Assembly: GCA_021735045.1 (NCBI GenBank)
Contig: JAIPHU010000010.1
Span: forward strand, 1 to 32,000
DNA: 32,000 nt
Source: Candidatus Omnitrophota bacterium
Lineage (GTDB): Bacteria > Omnitrophota > Gorgyraeia > Duberdicusellales > 4484-171
Reading direction: 5' to 3'
The translations under genes were made by a program, and so were the position numbers. Of this stretch, positions 25,962-32,000 are shown one piece after another. Position 1 is the first letter of the stretch, and each line of letters starts with the position of its first letter. The notes beneath the pieces were generated by a model that was not told where the DNA came from, did no database searches, and worked only from the letters and a program-made list of their open reading frames with translations.

Positions 25962-27160
25962 TGCGACCAGATTATTTTATGATAAATAAAGTAAAATTTT
26001 TTTTAAGAGGCAGAAGCAACAGCTTAAGAGGGTATCTGTTTGGCCTTTCTTCTAACTCAGAGTTGTTGCGTAGGGAAAGAAGAACTATTTTTTTTCTAAT
26101 TTTTAGTTTAACTCTTGTTGGTTTGCTTTTTATTTATGAGTCTTCTAGCCTTTATGCTTTAAAATATCAAAATAACCCAGCTTATTTTTTTAAAAAACAA
26201 ATTTTGTTTTTTATTTTATCACTTTTTTTCTTTTACGGGTCTCTTTTTATAGATTTAAATTTTCTTAGGCAACAGAGTAAAAAAATATTACTTTTTTTAA
26301 TTATTGTTTTAATAATTGTTCCTTTTTTTGGCCAAAAATCTGGCGGAGCTTCAAGGTGGGTTGAGCTAGGAGGTTTTAGTTTTCAACCATCTGAACTGTT
26401 AAAAATATTTTTTCTTATTTATTGTGCTGATTATTGTAGTAGAAAAGAAAGAATTTTAAAAAATCTCAATTACGGTTTTATTCCAGTAGGATTGGTATTA
26501 ACTTTAATTTGTTTACTTTTATTAGCTCAGCCGGATTTAGGCAGTGTGGTTTTTTGGATTATTTGGTTTTTAATTTTTGTCTATTTGTATGGAGCAAAAT
26601 TAAAACATATAGCCATAATTGTTTCGGGTTGCTTGGTAAGTTTCTTTTTTTTAGTGAAGATGTATCCCTATCGGGTAAGAAGAATAGCTGCTTATCTTGA
26701 TCCTTTCTCTGACCCGCAAGGCTCAGGTTTCCAAATTATTCAGTCTCAATTAGCTTATAGCCGCGGTGGGCTGTTTGGGGTGGGGTTAGGAGAAGGTAAG
26801 CAAAAGTTATTTTTTTTACCGGCTGCTCATACTGATTTTATATTTTCAATTATTGCTGAAGAATTAGGTCTTATTCTGTCTTTAGGTATTGTATCTATAT
26901 TTTTTTTAATTATTCATAAAATGTTTAAAATTTCCAAATTTATTAACGATAAATTTAGGAAGGGAATACTTTTTGGAATAGCTATTATTTTTTTTCTGGA
27001 GGTGTTTATTAATATAGGTGTTACCTGTGGTTTATTGCCTACCAAAGGTATGTCCCTTCCTTTTATCAGTTATGGTGGTACTAATTTAGTCGTTCATTAC
27101 ATACTCTTGGGTTTGTTTTTTAATGCTTCAAAGGAACCATTTAGAAATAAGGTTAATTAA
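25961..27160 (+). CDS. ftsW: SEDS-family peptidoglycan glycosyltransferase FtsW
   Basis: 399 aa, polytopic, with QPSELLK, QPDLGS, LPAAHTDFIFS and GLLPTKGMSLPFISYGGT motifs. The ATG overlaps the murD stop (taATG). Confidence 0.9.
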   Translation: MRPDYFMINKVKFFLRGRSNSLRGYLFGLSSNSELLRRERRTIFFLIFSLTLVGLLFIYESSSLYALKYQNNPAYFFKKQILFFILSLFFFYGSLFIDLNFLRQQSKKILLFLIIVLIIVPFFGQKSGGASRWVELGGFSFQPSELLKIFFLIYCADYCSRKERILKNLNYGFIPVGLVLTLICLLLLAQPDLGSVVFWIIWFLIFVYLYGAKLKHIAIIVSGCLVSFFFLVKMYPYRVRRIAAYLDPFSDPQGSGFQIIQSQLAYSRGGLFGVGLGEGKQKLFFLPAAHTDFIFSIIAEELGLILSLGIVSIFFLIIHKMFKISKFINDKFRKGILFGIAIIFFLEVFINIGVTCGLLPTKGMSLPFISYGGTNLVVHYILLGLFFNASKEPFRNKVN

Positions 27161-27165
27161 CTTAA

Positions 27166-28200
27166 ATGAAAATATTATTAGTAACTGAAAGAAGTGCAGG
27201 GCATGTTTATCCGGCTTTAGCTATTGGCGAAAAAATTAGAGAAAAAAATTTAGGAAAAAATATAATTTTTTTCTTCACTAGTTCAAAGTTTTTTAAAAAG
27301 TATATTAAAAATAAAGGCTATCCTGTGTTAGGATTAACTTTTAGGTTTAGGAATATTTTAGTTGATTTATTTTGTCGTTTTATTGAGTCTATCTATATCC
27401 TTGTTAAGGTTTCGCCAGATAAAGTTATTGGATTTGGGGGAAGAGACAGTTTGTTTTTAGTTCTGTTTAGTTATATGCTTGGTAAGGAAACTTATATCTA
27501 TGAACCGAATGCAGAAATGGGTAAGTCCAATAGATTAATCTCTCGTTTTATAAAAAATGTGTTAAGAGGTATCCCTCCTTTTGAGAAAAAACAAAATCAC
27601 AAAATTATTGGGATTCCTTTAGGAAAAAACATAGTAAAAAAAGGAAAAGAAGAATTAAAAGAAAAATTTAACTTTAACCATAAGCCGGTTGTTTTTTGTT
27701 TTGGAGGCAGTCAAGGTTCTCAGTTTATAAATGATAGTTTTTTTAGTTTTGTAGAAAAATATAATAATGGTTCATACCAGATAGTTCATATTACCGGAAA
27801 AAAGGATTATTTTAGGATGGTTGATTTTTATAAAAAGATAAAGAACAATAAAGTGGTAAAGGACTTTTATCAAGATATGTCTGATTTTTATAATCTAGCT
27901 GATCTTATTTTGTCTAGAGCAGGGGCTTTGACTTTAGCCGAGATTTCTTTTTATAATATTCCCGCAATTTTAATTCCTCATCCCAAAGCTTTTGGCCACC
28001 AGAAAACAAATGCAAACTATCTAGGAGATAAAGGTGGTGCAGTTGTATTTGAGCAAAATAACTTTGATTCTAAAAAATTTGAATTTTATTTAAATAAATT
28101 AATTCAAGATGGCAGAACTCGGCAAAAAATGAAAAATAATCTTAAAGATATAACTATTGGAGTAAACTATGAGAAATTTTCTTTTAATTATATTAGTTAA
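27166..28200 (+). CDS. murG: UDP-GlcNAc:lipid I GlcNAc transferase MurG, with a divergent first glycine-rich loop
   Basis: 344 aa with FGGSQGSQ, RAGALTLAEI and HQKTNANYL motifs. The N-terminal loop reads TERSAGHVYPALA where MurG usually has GGTGGH(V/I)FPALA. Confidence 0.85.
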   Translation: MKILLVTERSAGHVYPALAIGEKIREKNLGKNIIFFFTSSKFFKKYIKNKGYPVLGLTFRFRNILVDLFCRFIESIYILVKVSPDKVIGFGGRDSLFLVLFSYMLGKETYIYEPNAEMGKSNRLISRFIKNVLRGIPPFEKKQNHKIIGIPLGKNIVKKGKEELKEKFNFNHKPVVFCFGGSQGSQFINDSFFSFVEKYNNGSYQIVHITGKKDYFRMVDFYKKIKNNKVVKDFYQDMSDFYNLADLILSRAGALTLAEISFYNIPAILIPHPKAFGHQKTNANYLGDKGGAVVFEQNNFDSKKFEFYLNKLIQDGRTRQKMKNNLKDITIGVNYEKFSFNYIS

Positions 28201-28984
28201 TTTGTTTTTGTTATCCGGGGAGTTTTTATTAAATCCTCAAGATGCTGATGCAAAAGTTAAAGATTTTAGGCAGTTAAAAAGTAGTCATTTTATTATAAGT
28301 TACTCTCCTGAAGTCAAAAGGCCATATGTAACTGAGGTTAAGAAAAAGGCTGAAAAATTTTATCGTGAAATCACTCAAGAGTTTCATTTAGTTCGGGATG
28401 AACTTTGGCTTTGGGATAATCGGGCCAAAATTTTTATAGCTGAAAACAGAGAAGAATACCTTGATAATTTTAATTGCCCTAATTGGTCGTCTGCCTGTGT
28501 AAACTATAGAGAAAAAAGGATCTACACATACCCCGATCAGAAAGATTTTATATCAACTCTAGCTCATGAGTTGACTCATATTGTCTTTCGGGAGTATGTA
28601 GGAAGGCAAATCTTGCCGCTTTGGCTGGATGAAGGGATGGCTATGTATACAGAAACAAAATTTTCTGACTCAAGATATAAAAATTATTCTAGCCAAATTA
28701 AAAAAAAGATAAAAAATAACAGCTTTATCCCTTTTGATGAATTAACAACTATAAATGCACGAGTTTTAGGAGAAAAACCATCCTCTTATGTAGATACTTT
28801 TTATCTTCAATCTTTTTCTCTGATAAATTTTTTGATTGAAAACTATAAAAAACATCGTTTTTCACAGCTTTTGTGGAACTATAAAAATGAATCAGATATA
28901 AAAAAAGCTTTGTCTAAAACTTATTATCAACTTAATAATTTAGAAGATTTAGAAGAAAGATGGAAAAACTATTATCTAAAGTAA
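28169..28984 (+). CDS. Secreted gluzincin-type zinc metallopeptidase (peptidase MA-like)
   Basis: 271 aa with an N-terminal signal-like segment MRNFLLIILVNLFLLSG...DADA. HELTH is at residues 133-137 (nt 28565-28579) and the Glu of WLDEGMA follows 18 residues after the second His (HExxH-18-E). GGAG lies 6 nt upstream of the ATG. It overlaps murG by 32 nt and murC by 25 nt. Confidence 0.75.
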   Translation: MRNFLLIILVNLFLLSGEFLLNPQDADAKVKDFRQLKSSHFIISYSPEVKRPYVTEVKKKAEKFYREITQEFHLVRDELWLWDNRAKIFIAENREEYLDNFNCPNWSSACVNYREKRIYTYPDQKDFISTLAHELTHIVFREYVGRQILPLWLDEGMAMYTETKFSDSRYKNYSSQIKKKIKNNSFIPFDELTTINARVLGEKPSSYVDTFYLQSFSLINFLIENYKKHRFSQLLWNYKNESDIKKALSKTYYQLNNLEDLEERWKNYYLK

Positions 28985-30345
28985 AAAAAATTCATTTAAT
29001 TGGAATCGGCGGTGTTGGGATGAGTGGTTTGGCTCTTCTTTTGCAAGATAAAGGATTTTTAGTCCAAGGTTCTGATATTTGCCAAACAGCTAAAACTGAG
29101 ATGTTAGAAAAAAGAGGCATCAAGGTTTATTTTGGGCACAAGAAAGCTAATATTGATTCAAAAGTAGATTTAATTTGTTACTCTTCTGCTGTTAGCCTAG
29201 ACAATAGAGAGTTAGAAGAGGCGAAAAATAAGGGAATACAAATAATGCAAAGAGGAAAGTTGTTAGCTTGTTTGTGCAAAGATACAAAAACCATAGCAGT
29301 AGCAGGGAGTCATGGTAAGACTACCATAGTTTCTTTGTTAAGTTATATTTTTAAAAAAATAGGCTATACTCCTACACTATTTGTGGGCGGGCTGCCAGTA
29401 GACGGGTCTTTATCTGCTGTCTGGGGTAGGGATTATTCAATTATAGAGACAGACGAAAGTGACGGGACTTTTCTTGATTACCAACCCTATATTTCAGTTA
29501 TTACCAATATAGATAAAGAGCATCTAAACTATTATGGCAGTTTTGCCAATTTAAAAAAATCCTTTTTAAGTTTTGCTGAAAAAACTAACGAGAAAGTTTT
29601 TGGTTGTGGTGATCAAAAAGAGGTTAAGGAAATAGTAGATAAAGTAGGAGGGGTTAGTTATGGCCTAGATAGTGGTTGCTATCTAACTGCTAAAAATATA
29701 AGTTCAGATAAAAAGTTTAGTTACTTTGATTTATATAAAGGTAAGAAGTTATGTTTTTCAGTAAAAAGCCCTCTTTTGGGTATGCATAATTGTTGTAATT
29801 TATTGGCGGTATTGGCTATTTTTGATTATTTAAAATTAGATTTAAAAAAAATAAAAAATTATCTAGTTGATTTTAAAGGCACAGAAAGACGTTTTCAAAT
29901 AAAGGCAAATATTTATGGGGTTACATTCATAGATGATTATGCCCATCATCCGACCGAAATTAGAGCTACTTTAGAGGCTGCTAAAACTTTATCGGCAAAA
30001 AGATTAGTTGCTATATTGCAGCCGCATAGGCCATCAAGGGTTAAATTGTTATTTAAGGAGTTTTCATCTTGTCTAGAACAAGCTGATTTAGTATTAGTAA
30101 CTGATACTTATCGAGCTTCTGAGCCATACCTAGAGGAAGTAAACAGTTTTAAGCTGGTTGAGGCAATAAAGAACCGAGGCTATAAAACTATTAACTACCT
30201 AAAAAAAGATAAATTAAGACTAAAGGTGCCAAAAATGCTTAGAGAAGGTGATCTAGTAGTATCTTTAGGTGCAGGTGATATAAATAAACAATTAGAAGGG
30301 ATTATTGATGAATTCAAAAAAAATAAAACTGAAACAAAATGTTGA
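28960..30345 (+). CDS. murC: UDP-N-acetylmuramate--L-alanine ligase
   Basis: 461 aa with IGIGGVGMSGLA and AGSHGKTT P-loop, plus DDYAHHPTE. Confidence 0.92.
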   Translation: MEKLLSKVKKIHLIGIGGVGMSGLALLLQDKGFLVQGSDICQTAKTEMLEKRGIKVYFGHKKANIDSKVDLICYSSAVSLDNRELEEAKNKGIQIMQRGKLLACLCKDTKTIAVAGSHGKTTIVSLLSYIFKKIGYTPTLFVGGLPVDGSLSAVWGRDYSIIETDESDGTFLDYQPYISVITNIDKEHLNYYGSFANLKKSFLSFAEKTNEKVFGCGDQKEVKEIVDKVGGVSYGLDSGCYLTAKNISSDKKFSYFDLYKGKKLCFSVKSPLLGMHNCCNLLAVLAIFDYLKLDLKKIKNYLVDFKGTERRFQIKANIYGVTFIDDYAHHPTEIRATLEAAKTLSAKRLVAILQPHRPSRVKLLFKEFSSCLEQADLVLVTDTYRASEPYLEEVNSFKLVEAIKNRGYKTINYLKKDKLRLKVPKMLREGDLVVSLGAGDINKQLEGIIDEFKKNKTETKC

Positions 30346-31165
30346 GCTAGGGCAATTGACTACTCTAGGAATAGGAGGAAAAGCTAAATATTTATTTTTA
30401 GTTAAAAATAGCGCCGAGTTATCAAGACTATTGAAAAAAATAGGAAATCAATTCTATATTTTAGGGAATGGCTCAAACCTATTGATAAAAGATATATTAA
30501 TAAAAAAACCAGTTATAAAATTAACAGATGAGTTTGGGTTGATAAAACAGAAAGGCAATCTTTTAGAAGTTGGTTCTTCAACTTTACTTTCTTTTCTGGT
30601 AAAATACTGCATTGAACATCATCTCGAAGGTATAGAAAATTTAGCTGGTATTCCGGCAACAATTGGTGGCATGCTTTCATCCGCAGCTTCATCATTTGGG
30701 ACTAATATCTTTGATTGCTTAGAAGAAGTCGAGGTCATAGACAGAAAGGGTAGTATCTACAGGCTCAAGAAAGACGAAATTAATTATGGTTATAGATACT
30801 CTAGCCTTAGAGATTTAATAATAGTTAAAGGTTACTTTAATTTTTCTAAAGAAGGCAAGAAAATCAAAGAAAAAATAAAAAATATAGTTAAAAAAAGGAT
30901 TGCTTTACAGGATTTTTCTTTTCCCAGTTGTGGCTCGGTTTTTAAAAATCCCGCTTCTCTGGCTGCAGGAGCTTTGGTTGAACAGGCTGGTTTGTCCGGA
31001 AAGCAAAAAGGGGATGTTAAAATTTCCAATAAACATGCTAACTTTATCCTAAACCTAGGAAGAGGCTCTTATAGCCAGGCAGATTATTTAATTAAACATG
31101 TGAAGGAAGTTATTTACCAAAGAGAAGGGATCATTTTAGAGGAAGAAGTCAAAAGATGGAGTTAA
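30305..31165 (+). CDS. murB: UDP-N-acetylenolpyruvoylglucosamine reductase (short, type II MurB)
   Basis: 286 aa with LTTLGIGGKA, GNGSNLL and SCGSVFKNP motifs. Confidence 0.9.
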   Translation: MMNSKKIKLKQNVELGQLTTLGIGGKAKYLFLVKNSAELSRLLKKIGNQFYILGNGSNLLIKDILIKKPVIKLTDEFGLIKQKGNLLEVGSSTLLSFLVKYCIEHHLEGIENLAGIPATIGGMLSSAASSFGTNIFDCLEEVEVIDRKGSIYRLKKDEINYGYRYSSLRDLIIVKGYFNFSKEGKKIKEKIKNIVKKRIALQDFSFPSCGSVFKNPASLAAGALVEQAGLSGKQKGDVKISNKHANFILNLGRGSYSQADYLIKHVKEVIYQREGIILEEEVKRWS

Positions 31166-32000
31166 CCAATATAAAAGTAGGTGTTTTGGCTGGAGGAGTT
31201 TCTGAAGAAAGGGATATTTCTTTGCTTTCAGGGAGGCAAGTTTTTTCTGCCCTGGAGAGAAAAAATATCAAAGCAGAGTTTATTGATATAAAAACCTCAG
31301 AAAATAATGAAATAAAAAAAATAATAAAAGCAGCCCAGATAGACCTAGCCTTTATTGCTTTACATGGTTCATTTGGGGAAGACGGTAAGATTCAAACTAT
31401 ACTTCAAGAGATTCCTTTAGCCTATACCGGTTCAGGCCCAAAAGCAAGTCTTTTTGCAATGGATAAAATAATAGCAAAAGAAAGATTTAGCCAAAGCGGA
31501 GTTAAAACTGCTTTTTATCGTTTAGCGACAGCTAAAAACTATAATTATAAAGGTCTTACATACCCGGTTGTAGTCAAACCTTCTCATTCAGGATCAAGTT
31601 TTGGCATTTCAATCGTAGATAGTAAAGAAAAAATCAAAGAAGCTCTCAAAGAATCTTTTAAGTTTAGTGAATCAGCAATAATCGAAGATTATATTAAAGG
31701 CCGGGAGTTAACAGTAGGGATTTTAGGAGAAACTCCTTTAGCAGTAGTTGAGATTGTTCCCCAAGGAAAATACTTTGATTTTAAAAATAAATATACAAAA
31801 GGAAATTCTGTTTTTGTTGTACCGGCTAAGCTTGATAAAAAAATATACAAGCAACTACAGCAATTGGCTTTGCAGGCTCATAAAGCATTAGGTTGTCGGG
31901 ATTTTTCTAGAGTTGATATAAAATTAAAGGGCGATTTGCCTTATGTTTTAGAGGTTAATTCAATACCGGGGTTAACTGAGCGTAGCTTGTTACCGCTTTC
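31156..32000 (+). CDS. ddl: D-alanine--D-alanine ligase (3' end truncated by the window edge)
   Basis: Not in the ORF track because there is no stop codon in the window. My translation from ATG 31156 gives MELTNIKVGVLAGGVSEERDISLLSG...ALHGSFGEDGKIQTILQ...MDKIIAKERF...EVNSIPGLTERSLLPL, which is typical of Ddl (ATP-grasp). It overlaps the murB stop by 10 nt. Confidence 0.88.
   Translation, partial: MELTNIKVGVLAGGVSEERDISLLSGRQVFSALERKNIKAEFIDIKTSENNEIKKIIKAAQIDLAFIALHGSFGEDGKIQTILQEIPLAYTGSGPKASLFAMDKIIAKERFSQSGVKTAFYRLATAKNYNYKGLTYPVVVKPSHSGSSFGISIVDSKEKIKEALKESFKFSESAIIEDYIKGRELTVGILGETPLAVVEIVPQGKYFDFKNKYTKGNSVFVVPAKLDKKIYKQLQQLALQAHKALGCRDFSRVDIKLKGDLPYVLEVNSIPGLTERSLLPL

Noticed and set aside
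457-31029. All minus-strand ORFs in the track (457-753, 847-1131, 2850-3074, 3605-3850, 4074-4280, 4273-4521, 7108-7335, 7457-7648, 8204-8410, 8458-8766, 8699-8881, 14990-15244, 18484-18669, 19259-19441, 21649-21849, 21846-22049, 30513-30695, 30832-31029)
   Set aside because: Each lies antisense within a plus-strand gene that has clear family motifs. All are short (60-102 aa), low-complexity and Phe/Leu/Ile/Ser-rich, as expected from reading AT-rich coding DNA backwards. None has an RBS or a recognisable motif.

Overview
This is an AT-rich bacterial chromosomal segment (roughly one-third G+C by eye). It is very compact, with about 36 genes all on the + strand and many 1-47 nt start/stop overlaps. 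I see three blocks. (i) rpmF-plsX-fabH-fabD-fabG-acpP-fabF (type II fatty-acid synthesis) runs without a gap into leuC-leuD-leuB-asd. (ii) A housekeeping block holds truA, a small lipoprotein, an MBL-fold hydrolase, xerD, a CCA-type tRNA nucleotidyltransferase, and rbfA-nrnA-truB-ribF. (iii) A near-complete dcw cluster reads mraZ-[small ORF]-rsmH-ftsL-ftsI-murE-murF-mraY-murD-ftsW-murG-[secreted metallopeptidase]-murC-murB-ddl, with ddl running off the 3' edge and absent from the ORF track. I recognise no tRNA, rRNA, CRISPR array, transposase, phage gene or defence gene, and I cannot support a claim of a novel multi-gene system; this reads as core genome. Two kinds of thing remain unexplained by the gene calls. 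First, there are structured intergenic repeats sitting in intra-operon gaps: two homologous ~86-bp CGAAT-motif palindromic elements in opposite orientation, two elements built from inverted arrays of 7-bp tandem repeats, a 15-bp perfect GC-rich inverted repeat pair, and a tandem 56-bp duplication. Second, two non-canonical ORFs are embedded in the dcw cluster. A consensus promoter followed by a three-box MraZ-type operator is readable upstream of mraZ.
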